Source of the DNA: the human T2T-CHM13v2.0 reference genome, Homo sapiens
DNA: 64,000 nt
Assembly: GCF_009914755.1 (NCBI RefSeq)
Contig: NC_060933.1
Strand: one strand, 5' to 3'
Shown here: piece by piece, positions 1-59,391 of the stretch
How positions within the stretch are numbered: the stretch's first letter is position 1
How the letters are laid out: the number at the start of each line of letters is the position of its first letter
Program-made: the position numbers and the translations under genes
Notes under the pieces: generated by a model
What the model saw: only the letters and a program-made list of their open reading frames with translations
What the model was told of the DNA's origin: nothing
The model's database searches: none

Positions 1-42380
<42,380 letters not shown>

Positions 42381-42439
42381 ACATTTGGTTCTGGATACAT
42401 GTTGAACTTAGTTGAATATAAAAATCTAGATTAAAAGTG

Positions 42440-42716
42440 TGTTTACCATACTGTATAATTCCATTTACATGAAGCATCCAGAAAAGATAAATGTATAGGG
42501 ACAAAAAGTAGATTCATGTTTGCAAGGGGCTGGGGCTGGAAGCTGGTAGTGACTGCTAATGGGCATGAGGAATCTTACAGTGATGGAAATGCTCTAAAGT
42601 TGGATTGTAGAGATGGCTGCACAACTCAGTAAATGTACTAAAAATCTTTTAACTTAAAACAGATACATTCTATAGTATGTAAATTATATTTCAACAAAGC
42701 TGTTTTAATAAAAAAA
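42440..42716 (+). mobile_element. Old L1 (L1MB-type) 3' end in the putative 3' UTR
   Basis: tactgtataattccatttacatgaa...gtgatggaaatgctctaaagttggattgt...atgtaaattatatttcaacaaagctgtt followed by an A-rich end. Confidence 0.75.
42707..42712 (+). terminator. Candidate polyadenylation signal AATAAA for the 823-aa transcript (a second AATAAA lies at 42767-42772)
   Basis: AATAAA about 330 nt after the TAA, at the 3' end of a sense L1M fragment. Confidence 0.55.
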
Positions 42717-43865
42717 GGAAAAATGTGTTTACTATATCGGCTTAGAAACATGCCTCATTTCTAGGAAATAAAAGATAGAGGTGAGAGATGATTTACTTTG
42801 AGAAAAGACATTGTGTCACCTATGAAATTTTATTAGGCACAGAGTCATATTTTAAGGTAGATAGTACTGTATTGCTGAAATAGTAATTTTAATGTCTTTA
42901 TGTTGCCACATGTTAAGACCATAATGTAGTTATAAATGGAAATGTTTACACCTGAAGTGAGTATTTTCAAATTAAAATTTAATTAAGTGATTTTCTTCGA
43001 CACTTAATTCTAGATTCCCCAGATGAATTGAAGTGTATTGCTGTGTCTTGTAATACCTTGCTTTAACTAGCTTTTTATGTATTTTAGTTGGTATAGCTTT
43101 GTTATTATTCATATTAACAAATCTGAAAATATGTCAAATTACGTGTTTTTATGACCATGTAATGTTTTAAAGGCACCTACTTGTTATAAAATCATAATTT
43201 AGGATAAATGTGGTAAAACTTAGCAAAACTATATTTGGTTTAGTTTTCCCACTGGTATTTATAGTTTACTTTGAATATTTATATTAATAATTAGCTCATA
43301 ATTTTTATTGCAAGGCTCAATGACTGTCATTGGAATATAATTTTGTTCAGTACAAAGATACTTGTAGCTGTCTGTGATTTACGAGTTAGGCACTACATCT
43401 CCATTTTCAGACTGAGGGGTGGCAGGCTTCACATACAGTGGGAATGGAGTAATTACAGGAGGGAGTTGTAGGAGCTTTGAAGTCAGAGAGGGAGGTAGAG
43501 GCCTTTTTACCTAGGGCCTCAAAGGCCATTGGAATTTTACTTTTATTCTGAGATAGGAATCTGTTGGAAGGATTTGAACAGGTGATTGAATATGTTAGGA
43601 ACTTTGAGGCTGAGTTGAGCTTCTGAGATGATTGAATGTTGGAATGAATCTGTTGTGTAAGTAAGAGAATACCAATTTGGCAGGAAGAGAACATATTCTG
43701 CATCCCTCACTGAATTCAGTAATAAATAAAAATGTGTACATGTGATTAAAAGAAGGTGAATTGATATGTGTGGTGATAATTTTCAAAGTAGATATGTTAG
43801 AATTAAACATTATTAACATAATTTAATAAGGCAGTTTATAAAATCAGTAACAAATATTTTATCAG

Positions 43866-44012
43866 GTGGTTGTGAGACAACTTCAACAAGAAGTGGCTGA
43901 CAGCGTAAAAAAATTAACGACGTTAGAGTCTCCACTGGAAGGTATATCACGTCACATTAATTTGGATGAGACACAGGCCTCAAATAAGAAATTATTTCAA
44001 GTGAAAAGTCAA
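43866..44012 (+). CDS. Putative extension exon 16 (VVVRQLQQEVADSVKK...KKLFQVKSQ), ANKRD18/ANKRD26-like
   Basis: atcag| acceptor, |gtatgt donor, 147 nt, phase 0-0, no stop. Confidence 0.7.
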
Positions 44013-44659
44013 GTATGTATGGAATTTAACATGTCAACAGTTATTCTGTAGCTAGTTGAATTATATAACGTGTTTTAGGATACTAATTTTGGCAGAAGCT
44101 TGATTTTTTATTTTCATTATAATGAATGATTTCCATTTTACTATCTTTATAATGTACTATTTTTTTATATTGTGACTTTCATTATACCATTTTGAAAAAC
44201 CATTGCATACCTTTTCTCTTACAATATGTACCCTTGGAAAAGTTGAGAATTATACATCATTCCTCATAGAAAATTGACTTTTTTCCTGTTAAACAGTATT
44301 TTTAAGTAATTTGTGTATTGCTCTGATGAGGCAAGCCAGATTAAATCAGAGGAGAATGTTTCATGGAATGTTCCAGAAAATTGTCTTATTTCTTCACTTT
44401 TGTGAATGGACACAGAATCTGTGTCTATTTGTTTCACAGATTCTAGGTTAACTTGTACAGAAAGGCCATTATACTATTCTTTGAAATGTGCATGTTTTAG
44501 GTTAATTTACAAACTATTTGAAAAGTTAGGCATTTTCTTTATCTTTTATTTAAAATATACTGTAAAACTGTAGAAATATTTAGATTTGATATAGCATGTA
44601 CATCAAAAATTAAGAGTTGAGAAAATTATCTTGATCCTGCCTTTGGATTTTAAAAAGAT

Positions 44660-45150
44660 TCACTGAGATGTCATTCACATATCAGACAGTTCAACCATTT
44701 AAAATGTACAACTCAGTGTCTATTAGTATGTTCACAGCATTTTCGTCACCCTGAAAAGTGACCCCACATCTCCTAGGCATGACTGCAGCCTTCCTCCATG
44801 TCCCTCCACCTACCCCTGTTGTAGGCAACCACCGTCTACTTTTGTCTCCATATGTTTGCCTGTTCTGCATATTTCATATACATAGAGTTATACAATATGT
44901 AGTCCTTTGTGACTGGCTTTTTCACTTAGCATAATGTTTTCAGAATTCATGCATGTTTTAGCACACATTCGTAGTTTATTTCTTCTTATAGTTAAATGAT
45001 ATTCTATTCCATGGCTATACTGGTTTTCCATTCGTTCATCAGTTGATGGACCTTTAGGTTAGTTTCCACTTTTTAGCTATTATGAAAAATGCTGCTGTGA
45101 ACATTCACTTACAGGTTATTATGTGGACACGGGTTTTTATTTCCCTGCCA
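44660..45150 (-). mobile_element. Old L1M 3' fragment
   Basis: gtcctttgtgactggctttttcacttagcataatgtttt...gctgctgtgaacattc. Confidence 0.75.
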
Positions 45151-46239
45151 TTGGACTTTATCCTCAGAGTTAATTGGGCAGATTTCAGCACTTGTCTTGC
45201 TCATGCTATTCTTTCTGCCTTCTCAGTTTCTGTTCATCTAGCCTCATTCATTCAGACCTGGCAGACAATTTTTTTGTTTTCATGAAGCTTTCTCTGACTG
45301 TTCTGTCATTGACCTTATGTGTTAGCAATCGTTGTCTAGTCTGTGCTGAAAAACTTAGTCCTTAATTTTACATGGCTTTTATTTTTTTATGGAAGATAAT
45401 TTTCTCTCATTATAAATTTGCTTAATGGGGGAATAATATATAATGTGTATGCCACCTATCCTTGCATACATTGAAAATATTTTAGCTTAGAAGTTTGTAG
45501 CATACAATTCAATCATTTATACCATACCAATTATTTCTTCTTTGAGACCTTGACACAGTAAGGTTATATTCTAAATATATTTTTAGCAATTAAATATCAA
45601 ATCTAACCCAATTAGTCTAACACAGGAGATGCGTTCAATCACGTGTTTATGTTTTTCTCTCTATGAAAAAGAATATAAATTGGCCTTTTTTCACTATGCA
45701 GCCATTACTGTGTTTCTGGACTGCTCCCAGTCTGTCAGCTGAACAGTTCTGGGTGCAGCTTGTCTGATGAAGGATAGCACAGCCCCTCAATCTGAGTGCT
45801 CAGCAGAGTGCTTGTGAAGGCAGCACCACAGCAACAGTTGCTCAGAGGGAACGGATTCAGGAGCCTTGACTTAGCAATAGAGTCCAGGGTTTTCAGCTCA
45901 GTGTCTTTAGCCTGTCTCTGCTGGTCATGTCAGTTACGTACTATTCCATCCAGGAGGTGCTATTTACATTGTAGTACATACACAGTCATTGCCTAATGAG
46001 TCATACAGAGAGAAAAGTAAGTTATAAATTATGTCCCCCATTTGCTGCAACTCTCAGTGTTAAGAATGATTCAGTGCAGCTATAGGAGACTACTTCCATT
46101 GGCATGCCACCTGCGTAAATACACAATTTTGTTAAGATATACAATAAAATTATTATGCTAATAGCAAATATTTTATGTAGCTCACTATGTTCCATGTAGT
46201 CTTCTAAGTGCTTCATGTTAGTCCCCATTTAAACACCTG

Positions 46240-48008
<1,769 letters not shown>

Positions 48009-48790
48009 GCAGAGGGAGCATTTGGTCACTGCTCTGCTGAGTAAAGCAGGATAAAGTCCTTCATGACCGTTGGACTTTTTTATTGGAATTATTAAAAATC
48101 AGATTTCAGTATAAAAAACACAATAATTGATGAAAAAAGATTTCTGAATGAAACCATGTGTCATAGAGTCCAATGGAAGGGGAGAAACAGGATAATAGAA
48201 AAGCCACAAAAAGTAGACGAAAGTTGTTTTTGTTTATTGTAGAAAAAATAAACTTTATTTAAAGAGAAATGGTTAAGAGAAAGGGAAAAACTGAAACCTG
48301 TGGGTGAATACTTAGAATGACAGTATTTAGCTCAGCCTGAAGACAGATGAGGATGAAAAATGTAATGGGAACTAGATAAGAGTTTTCTAAAATTTGTCTT
48401 AGTAAGATGTAATTTAAGAGAACTTGGAATATCTTAAACTGTTAAAAACAATATTTCTAGAGCATCTTTAAAAACTAAAATGTAAATATAACTACTCTTT
48501 TTTTTTTTAACTAACCCTTAGTATTTTGTGTGTAAAAACCCTCATTTGTAACAAACATTGTTGGCAGTTTAAATTTCAGAAAAGATAATGATGAAAATTT
48601 GAATCATTTTTAGCAGTTTTAAGAAAAGTGACTATTATTGAAATCTGACCTTATTGGCATCAGGTTTATAAAATGCACTTTATACACCTGCATAAATACG
48701 TATTACTAATCCACTTATGAGAAATAATATTTTTGAGATAAAAGAGGGTCTCCAGATTTTACAAAAATAATTTTAAACACTTTTTTTAAG

Positions 48791-48903
48791 CCTAAAAAAG
48801 AAAATGAAGAATTAAGAAAACTTTTTGAGTTAATATCATCACTGAAGTATAATGTGAATCGAATAAGAAAGAAAAATGATGAATTAGAAGAAGAGGCAAC
48901 TGG
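48791..48903 (+). CDS. Putative extension exon 17 (PKKENEELRKLFELISSLKYNVNRIRKKNDELEEEAT-G)
   Basis: tttttttaag| acceptor, |gtatgg donor, 113 nt, phase 0-2, no stop. Confidence 0.7.
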
Positions 48904-49141
48904 GTATGGTTTTCATATTGTAGAACATGTTAGCCATTTATTAATTGATTTAACTCTAATTTTACTTGACTAAAACCTAGATACAAATTCATTTTATGTT
49001 TGCATTTTCATAATTAAATGAATTCTGTTTTAAAATGTATTTCAGAAACTCACAGCACAACTTTTTAGACGTGTGTCATGGGGGTGGGAGTCAGCTGAGC
49101 TGCTGGGGCAAGGTGAAATTTTTTTTGAATGCCAAAATATT

Positions 49142-49429
49142 CTTTTTTTTTTTTTTTTTTTTTTTTTTGAGAAAAAGTCTGGCTTTGTTTCCCAGACTGG
49201 AGTACAATGGCGCGGTCTTGGCTCACTGCAACCTATGCCTCCAAGCAATTTTCCTGCCTCAGCCTCCTGAGTAGCTGGCATTACAGGCATGTGCCACCAC
49301 ACCCGGCTAATTTTTGTATTTTTATTAGAGACGGGGTTTTGCCAAGTTGGTCAGGCTGGTCTCGAATTCCTGACCTCGTGATCTGCCCGCCTCGGCCTCC
49401 CAAAGTGACATGAGCCACCATGCCCAGCC
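49142..49429 (-). mobile_element. Alu (AluS-type, internally deleted)
   Basis: Long poly-T followed by reverse-complement Alu. Confidence 0.88.
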
Positions 49430-50317
49430 ACTTATTCTTTAATGATTTTGAAAACAATGACCACGCCTTGGACATATAATGTCCAGTGCACTCTTCATTA
49501 TCTGGTTTGAATTTTTATTTCTGAAGATATTTTTTGCTGTCTGTGGTCATTTTTTCTTCCTTTTGTAGTATCCTCTGCTGCATTCAAATTGTTTAAAGAA
49601 GACCTGTTTGTGTCATTCTTTAACATCAAATTTATCTTGATATGTAGCCTATATTTTGTTTCTGCTTTTTCTTTTAGATATAAAACGTGGAAATTTACTC
49701 ATTGTACATGAGTACCTCTGTTGTATACATGAAGTATACATGTTATTAAACTTGTTTTACATAAATAAATTTCATATATATAAAAATATACGTATAACTT
49801 AAAGAAAAAGTAAAATGAACATTCATGTTTTGATCACAGATTTTTTTTAAAACAATGGAATCTGTCTTTGAAGCCCTGAACACAGCTACTTTTCTATTTA
49901 TTTACTGAGCACTTAATTTGGTTTTCTGATTAGAATCAACATTTTTCTGTCATTGCTTTTCTCTACATGGTTTTGTATCTCTTTCATTTTGTTGACATTA
50001 TGTCAGCAAAGATGTCTAGATCTCTTCTTCAAAGTCTTTAAATCGTCACACATCTCTCTGCCCCTTTCCTTTTTTCTAAAACTGCCTGTATCCTTTTTCT
50101 CCTCAACTCAGATATTAAAGATGTTTTCTTCTCTTTTTCTACATTGAATGATCTCCTTGATGCTTTTTGTGTGTACTTTTTTTTCTTCTGATAGACTGTG
50201 GTCAGTGGGTATCAAAATGTACTTTTGTGTCTTTTTAAATGTATGTGTTTTACTTTTTTATCTTGGTTACTCATCTCTGGGTTATGGCTTATATTTAGTA
50301 ATACGTTATTTTACTTA

Positions 50318-50670
<353 letters not shown>

Positions 50671-50879
50671 CACTGTATGGCTATAATATCACTTTACCTG
50701 CCATATATGCCATAAAATTGTTCTTCATATTATTTATCTAAGATTATAATTTCATATAGAATGCTTTCAAACTATGTTCAGTTGAAACTGAAAGTAACAT
50801 AGTTTATAGATTTGTTTCTTTGATATGCCATAACAGATGTTTAAACAATTATTAAATATTTACTCTTAAAAATACTTGA

Positions 50880-51041
<162 letters not shown>

Positions 51042-51045
51042 TAAA

Positions 51046-51550
51046 AAAATTATTTTATCTTAAGGTCTAGATTACATGTGTGAGACGTGCAGGTTTGTTA
51101 TATAGGTAAACGTGTGTCATGTTGGTTTGCTGCACCTATCAATCCATCACCTAGATATTAAGCCCTGCAGGCATTAGCTATTGATCTTGATGCTCTCCCT
51201 CCTGATCCTAACAGGCCCCAGTGTTTGTTGTTCCCCTCCCCGAGTCCATGTGTTCTCATCATTCAGCTCCCACTTCTAAGTGAGAAGATGCAGTGTTTGT
51301 TTTTTTCTTCCTGCATTAGTTTGCTGAAGATATCAGCTTTGAGCTCATCCATATCCTTGCAAAAAGCATGATCTCATTCATTTTTATGGCTCCATAGTAT
51401 TCCATGGTGTATATGTACCACATTTTCTTTATCCCGTCTATCACTGATGGACATCTGGGTTGATTCCATGGCTTTACTGTTGTGAATAGTGCTGCAATGA
51501 ACATACAAATGCATGTATCTTTATAATAGAATAATTTATATTCCAACGTA
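51046..51550 (-). mobile_element. L1PA/L1PB-type 3' fragment next to the exon 18 donor
   Basis: Minus-strand ORF ...MFIAALFTTVKPWNQPRCP...; L1 3' UTR motifs. Confidence 0.85.
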
Positions 51551-52239
51551 TGGTAATTTTAAATCAGTTTTGGTATTAAAAATCATGTAATTTTGGAAAA
51601 TATTGATAATGGAAAAACCCAAATTCTGCCAAAATATGTTGAGAAAATAGAGGGTAAATATATCTTTTCAGACTTTGAATGCCTCAGGCTCTTAGTTAAT
51701 CTTCCCCAGATCTGGGAAGACCTAGAAGGGGAGAGATTGGGCTACATTAACGAGGACCATTTCAATCTCTTGGCCCTGCAGCAGCCATTTCAAAATATGA
51801 CAAAAAATATATTTTGGGGTAAAATATTTTGATTTCCTTCAGCTTCTTCTCTCTGTGATGCTGCACCAGAATCAGGTTAGAAAGGAAGCCACATTATAAG
51901 AGTTAATAAAACCCATCTGATGAGATTTGATAGTTTGAAGGGTGTGATTCCCAGACCCTTTAGATAGAAATTGGGGCCAAGGAAAACAAGGTCTTATTCC
52001 TCAATATAAATCTGTCAGTGCTTTAAGCAGTGAAAGATTTTTCATTTAATTTTACAGACTTGAAACTAATGAAAAGGATAGCTTTTAAAATATCAATCTC
52101 TTTTTCTATGAAAAGGACATGCTGTTGATTCTCTTAGGCCTTGAACCCTGGCCAGTGATCTGAAACCAAGCAGTACCTGTCTCCAGATCACTACTACCAA
52201 AATCACTAGTACCAAATTAATTTGGGGTGGGGGGTAACA

Positions 52240-53950
52240 GGTTTATTGAGAAATAATGAACACACCATGCAATTCACTCATTTAAAATATACAATTTATT
52301 AACTTCAGTATTTTCAGAGAGTTATGCAGTCATCATTACAATCAATTGTAGAACATTTTCATCACCCTAAAAACAAACCCCACATCATTTAGCTATCTTC
52401 ACTAGTTTTCCCTTCCTCCCTCAGCCCTAGGTAACCACCCACCTTCTTTGTATAGATTTGCCTATAAGCCTCTGAAATGAAAAGCAAGTGGTCTACTGTG
52501 ACTGGCTTATTTCACTTAGCATAATTTTCCATGCTGCATCTGTGCTGCAGCAGGTATTGATGCAGGGTTTTTGCTCCTTAGTTCAGCTCAATCTGGTTTC
52601 TTCTCTCATGACCAGGAAAAATTAAGCACACAGACACATTGAAGGGTGAGGAGGACAGAATTTATTAAGTGAAAGGAAAGCTCTCAGCAAAGAGGGGCGT
52701 CCTGCAAACAGGTTTCCACCTCACAATTGAATACCAGGAGCACAGGAGCTGAAGCGGCCAGGCTCCTGCTCTGCATAAGGCGTGAATTCCTGGTGACTCC
52801 ACCCCATCCCCCCAGTGCTTGTGGGCCTCGGGTCTGCTGCCGGCATGTCCAGGCAAGACAAGTCCAGGTTCCCTTATCTGCACATAACGTCTGGTGTAAA
52901 CACTTGTGAGGCTTGTTGGGGATTCTCCGGGGACCCTTCCTTATCTGCCTAGGCATTTTGCTGTCTCCTCCTAATACAGTATCAGTACTTAGTTTCTTCT
53001 TATTGCTGAGTGATATTCCATTGTATGGATACATCAAGCAGTTTATTTATCCATTCACCAGGTGATGGACCTTTGGGTTCTTTCCCACCCAAAGGTGATG
53101 GACATTTTGGTTCTTTCCACTTTTCACTCTTATTAATAATGCTGCTGTAAACATTTACGTATGAGTTTTTGTGCTTGCATATGTTTTTGATTTTCTGGAG
53201 TATATACTCATGACTGGAATTTCTGGGTCATATGGTAACTTCATGCTTAACCTTTTGAGGAGCTGCCAGTTTGTTTTCCAAAGTGGCTGCACCACTTTAC
53301 ATCCCCAGCAGCATTGGATAAGGGCTTTAATTTCTTTACATTTTTCCTAACACTTATTTTCTCTTTTTTATTGAATAAAGGTTTCATCCTGTGGTGTGAA
53401 GTGATACCACACGTGGTTTTGATTTACTTTTTCCTAATGACTAATTACATTAAGCATCTATTAATGTGCTTATTATCCATCTTTATATCTTCTTTGCAAA
53501 TATATCTATTCAAAATCTTTGCCCATTTTTTAAATTGGGTTATCTTGTTATTTATGAATTGCAAAGGTTCTTTATATATCCTACATATGTAAGTCCCTTA
53601 TCAGATACATGCTTTTCAAATACTTTCTTCTACTCAGTATCTTACCTTTTCACTTCTTGATACTGTCTTCTCAAGCACAGCAGTTTTCAATTTTGAAGTT
53701 CATTGAATCCATTTTTCCTTTGGAGTCATAGCTAAGAAAACACTGCCAAATGCAGTCACAAAGATTTATGCCAGGGTTTTCTTCGTACTTTATTTATTTT
53801 TTGCATGTGGATATCCAGTTGTCGCAGCACCATTTGTTGAAAAGACTATTCTTTTCCCATTCTGTTCTTTTGTTAACCTTGTATAAAATCAATTGACTGT
53901 AAATGTGCAGGTTTATTTGTAGATTATCAATTCTTAGTTTGTTTATATCT
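52240..53950 (-). mobile_element. Old L1M element interrupted by the solo LTR
   Basis: L1 3' and ORF2-end motifs continue on both sides of the LTR (gactggcttatttcacttagcataat; cagcaccatttgttgaaaagact). Confidence 0.75.
52558..52978 (-). mobile_element. ERV1-class solo LTR (MER48-like) nested in an old L1
   Basis: TG...CA ends; 4-bp TSD GTAT (52554-52557, 52979-52982); minus-strand AATAAA at 52661-52666. Confidence 0.75.
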
Positions 53951-55289
53951 ATTCTTATGCCAAGGCCAAATTGAATTTAATGAGAAGATTTTTTCAAGCA
54001 TGTTGCATATTACCAGTTGTCTTATATCATAATAAAAATTAAATTTAGTGGAATATCTTTAACTTCACCTTTTGTGCCTCAAAGGAATCTCTGGCCAGCT
54101 TATACCTTACTTACTCTAAGACATGATGGCAAGTCAGGCTTACAAGACACTCTTTCTTTTTTTCTCTATTCAAACCTTTAGTCTCTTTTCCATTGCCTCC
54201 CTCTATAGTTATATTTTCAGTAAGTTTTCATCACAGGATCTGCTGATGTAGTCTAATATTTAGTGTATTATGTTTTGCTAACTCATTATAATTCATAGAA
54301 TCTTCCATAGATGTTTACCATCCAGGAAGGAGAAGTCTGAGCTGCCAGCTTTCCTCAGTGGAAATCATGTGAAGTCATCATGTTGTAGTTCGCAGATCCT
54401 CTTTCCACCTGGTAGCTGGTTCTCTTGGGTAGCTCTGCATCTAATCCTTTACTTGGTGCAGATCTTGCATTCTCAGAAACCACAGTTCCCTGTATTGACC
54501 TCCTTTTACTGAAACAGAGATGCACAGCTCTGCTTTCTAGCTCAGTAGAGGATTCTTGGGATATAAAGTTTAACTCATTCCAAGAAAAAGTCTTAGGAGT
54601 GCAGCACTTCAAAATCAGGTAATGTTCAGGCAATTTATCAGAGACAAATAGTAGATTAGTATTTTGACTTTTGAAATTTCGGAGCCAAGTTGTGTGCTGT
54701 AGAGAAGCATTGTGGTATAATACAGAGATGGGATGGTCTTAACTTCTCCATACAAACAAGCTTGAAGTAAGATAAAGGAGAAATTGCATTTGATGTCTTA
54801 ACACTCAAAGCATATTGTGCTTATTTTACTTCTGTGAAGACTAAAAATCATTCCATAATGTTCTCCTTATTTCCTCATTGAGAAAAGGAAAATGAAAATT
54901 GAATACTAGATTGATTAATAAATACTCAAAGCTTATTCTTTTAGAATTTTCATTAACTGAAATCAGGCAAATGTCTGATTTTGGTTATCTAACCAAGTAT
55001 TTCTAGTTGTTTTTCAAATCATACTTCTTCTTTCTTTGCAGTCTTATTTCCTAACTTGAGGGGAAATTGTAAGGAGACACCCTTGCCTTGTTATCAGAGT
55101 TCATAATTGAAGGGGGTTTTAGGAAATGTTCCTCCTCAGCAGCTTATGTCTCTCTCCTGGTTATCTACTGCTTCTCAATAATGTTTGCCATCAATAAATT
55201 AATCTCAACATTTATTAGATCCTACTTTAAAGGAGACTCTTTTCTCTGCATAAGTTATGTTTCCTGTTGTCTCTTTTTAAAACTTATTT

Positions 55290-55680
55290 TTCTAACAATT
55301 ATCCAGGTTTTTGTGGCTTAAAAGAAAAACATTTATTTTGTTCATGAACCTATGGTTTGAAAAAAGCTTAGCCAGGACAGGTCATCTCTGCTCCCCTCAG
55401 CTTCCCTAGGAATAGCTGATCAGTTGGGGAAATGGAATCCTCTGAAGCTTTGCTCACCCATGTGTTTGATGGTTGATGCTGGCCATTGGCTGGAACCTTG
55501 GTTGGAGCAGGAAGCATGAATATTGACACTGACACTCCCAGGCTGTCTCTCTGGCCTGATCTCACTCACAATCTGGGGGCTGAGTTCAAAGGGAAAGCAG
55601 TCTGAGATAGGGAAGCCACATGATATCCCTTTTACTGCATTCTATTCATTAGAAGGAAGTCAGTAAGGATTGCCCATATT
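55290..55680. mobile_element. MLT1-like (MaLR) LTR fragment
   Basis: gtggcttaaaagaaaaacatttattttgttcatgaacctatgg...gggctgagttcaaaggg...ttttactgcattctatt. Confidence 0.5.
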
Positions 55681-55709
55681 CTGTTTTTTTAATGGGATAA
55701 ATATAGCTT

Positions 55710-57440
55710 CTCTTTTGTTTTAATTGACATGTATATACATAATTTTGTCCAATAGAGTGATATTTTGATACATGTATATAGTGTGTAATGATCGAGCTAA
55801 CTAGCACATTTACTACTTCAACCATTTTTCATTTTTTGAATTGTGAACATTCAAAATCTTCTGCCTTTTTAAAAATATACAATAAATCATAGTTAACCAT
55901 ATTCACCCTACAATGCCACAGAACACCAGAACTCATTCCTCTTATCTAACTGTAATTCGGTATCCATTAACCATCCTCCCCTCCCCTACCTCTGTGAGCT
56001 TTTTTGTTGTTGTTAAGAGACAGGGCCTTGCTAGTCCAGTCTGGGCTCTGGGCATCTGTAGTCACCCAGACTAGAGACAGTGGCTTGATCATAGCTCACT
56101 GCAGCCTCAAACTCTTGGGCTCATGTGATCCTCTGACCTCACCCTCCTGAGCAGCTAGGATTATGGGCATGCACCATTGCACCTGTCTGATTTTTGACTT
56201 TGTAGAGCTATCTACCTATGTTGTCCAGGGTGCTCTGGAACTTTGGCCTCAAGTGATTCTCCTGCCTTGGTCTTTCAAAGTGCTAGGAAATTACAGGCAA
56301 TAGCCATGTTGCCCAGCCCTCAGTTTTTCTTTAGCTCCCACATATGAGTGAGAATGTGCAGTGTTTATCTTTCTGTGTCTGCACTTAACATACCATCCCT
56401 CAGACTGATCCACATGGCCACGAATAACAGGATTGAAGTCCTTTATACGGTGAATAGTATTCTACTGTGTTTGTGTGCCACAGTTTTTTGTCCATTCATT
56501 TGGTTATGGACATGCAGGTTGATTCCATACATCAGCTATTGTGAATAGTGCTACAATAAACATACGAGTACAGGTATCTTTTTGATCTATTGTTTTCTTT
56601 TCTATTGCCTGAATACCCAATAGTGGGTTTGCCGGATCCCTTGGCAGTCCCATTATTAGCTTTTTGAGAAAACCTCATGTTGTTTTCTATAGTGGCTGCA
56701 CTAATTTACCTTCCCACCAACAGCATGTTAGAGTTTACTGTTCTCTGGAACCTCACCAGCATATGTTATTTTTTTGTCTTTTCAATGATAGCAATTTATT
56801 CAAATTGAAGCAAGATTGTATCACATTGAAGATTTGATTTTTATTTCCCTGAGGATTAGTGATACTGAGCGTTTTTAAATTTATTTATTGGCTATTTGTA
56901 TTTCTTTTTTCTAAAGAAAAGTATAGTTAGATATTTTGCCCAATTTTGAACCCAGATTTTTTTTTACTGTCAAGTTTTTTGAGTTTCTTGTATATTTTGG
57001 ATACTAGTCCCTTATTAGATGAATAGTTGACAATATTTTCTCCCATTCCACTGGTTTTCTCTTCACTCAGTTTGCTGGGCAGAAGCTCTTTATCTTAATG
57101 TAATACCATTTGTCTATCATTTGGTTTTTGCCTATGCTTCTGATGTCTTACCCATAAAAATCTTTGTGCAGACTAATGTCCTCAAGCATTTTTCCTCCAT
57201 TTACTTAGAGTGGTTTCATAATTTTAGGCCTTAAATGTCAGTCTTCAATCAATTCTGAGTTTATTTCATTATGTGCTGTTACATAGGAAGCTAGTATCAT
57301 TCTTCTCCATATGGATATTTAGTTTTCCCAGTGCCATTCATTTGAAGAGACTGTCCTTCCCCCAGTGTATGTTCTTGGCACCTTTGTCCAAAATCAGTTG
57401 GCTGTAAATATCTGGATTTATTTCTGGGTGTGTATTCTAT
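55710..57440 (-). mobile_element. L1MA/L1PB-type fragment with a nested AluJ (about 56000-56320)
   Basis: L1 3' UTR and ORF2-end motifs; internal reverse-complement Alu. Confidence 0.75.
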
Positions 57441-57554
57441 GGCCTTTACCCCAAGAATCATTACTTCGTAAAATGCAATTCAAATTAGCATGAAACATTT
57501 GCAGTTTAAGGAAAGGCTTATGGCATCAGAATCCTTATTTACAGGATTCATTAT

Positions 57555-57850
57555 TTTGTGTTTTTTTGAGATATGGTCTTTGTCTGTCATCCAGGCAGAA
57601 GTGCGGTGATGTGGTCATAATTCACTGCAGCCCTGAACTCTGGGTACAAGCCATCCTTTTGCCTCAGTCTCCCAACTAGCTGGGTCTAGAGGCATGAGCC
57701 ACCATGCCAAGCTAATTTAAAAAAAAAATTTTGTAGACATGGGGGTCTCACTATGTTGCTCTGGCTGATCTCAAATTCTGGCCTCAAGTGATCATTCTGG
57801 CACAGGCTTTTAAATTGCTACAATTACAGGAATGAGCCACCATGCCTAGT
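57555..57850 (-). mobile_element. AluJ-like element
   Basis: Diverged reverse-complement Alu. Confidence 0.75.
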
Positions 57851-58198
57851 ATAGAGTGTTATATTATTTTCAAAGTCTTATTCTGAGAGCCATTTATTGA
57901 CTTTGGCCTAAATAACTCAATATGATATCTCTGAAACTTTTTTTTGACATATTATGGGGAATGATAATGAGGGAAGGTGGTTAGACACTTTTTACTAAGA
58001 GATAACTTAGTGCCATCTAAGGAGGAACAAAAATGAATTATCAGAAAAATAAAAGTAAGATGAAGTGCAAAAGTTCTGTGGCAAAGATGATGATAGCAAA
58101 TAATATATTTTTGTGACTCATGGTAGCTTTAACTTTGTTCTTAAAATTCTGAGTAATTTAAGGGTTCACATTTGAAGAATCCACTGCATTACGGATAA

Positions 58199-58687
<489 letters not shown>

Positions 58688-59178
58688 TAGCAATTTGCTT
58701 TGTAGAGTTCTAGAAAAAAAATGGCATCTGTTTTTTCTTTTAAATATTTACATTTCCATTATTATTATAACAAAATCAATCTTTCAGAGTAATGATTCTC
58801 ACTGTGGAGTCATTTGATGATTAAGATCAGTTGGCATAAGAAACAATTGTGATTTCAAAATTATGTGATACTTTTGAATTGGTCTTAAGCTACATTGTTC
58901 ATTAATCACTTTTTAAAATTATGAATGGATTCTATTACTTTTTATATGACCAGATTACATTAATACTAACATAATTATGATTTCAAATTTTTATAAATCA
59001 GACAATTCTGAATTCAGTTATTAGTTTTGATCTTGCTGATAAATATTTTAAGCTTCAGCCTCTTTTACTAACATATTCACAATTGCTCTTTGAATCACTG
59101 ACTCAAAATGAAAGGCAACAAACATATAATAATTAGGTTATAATTGTTTTAAAAGTGTATTCTTTTCCTTTGTTTTAG

Positions 59179-59391
<213 letters not shown>

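Noticed and set aside
58087-58152. ATGATGA...CTGA spacing suggestive of a C/D-box snoRNA (C-box-like motifs also near 31754-31772)
   Set aside because: No terminal stem or recognisable guide; such motifs are common in AT-rich DNA.
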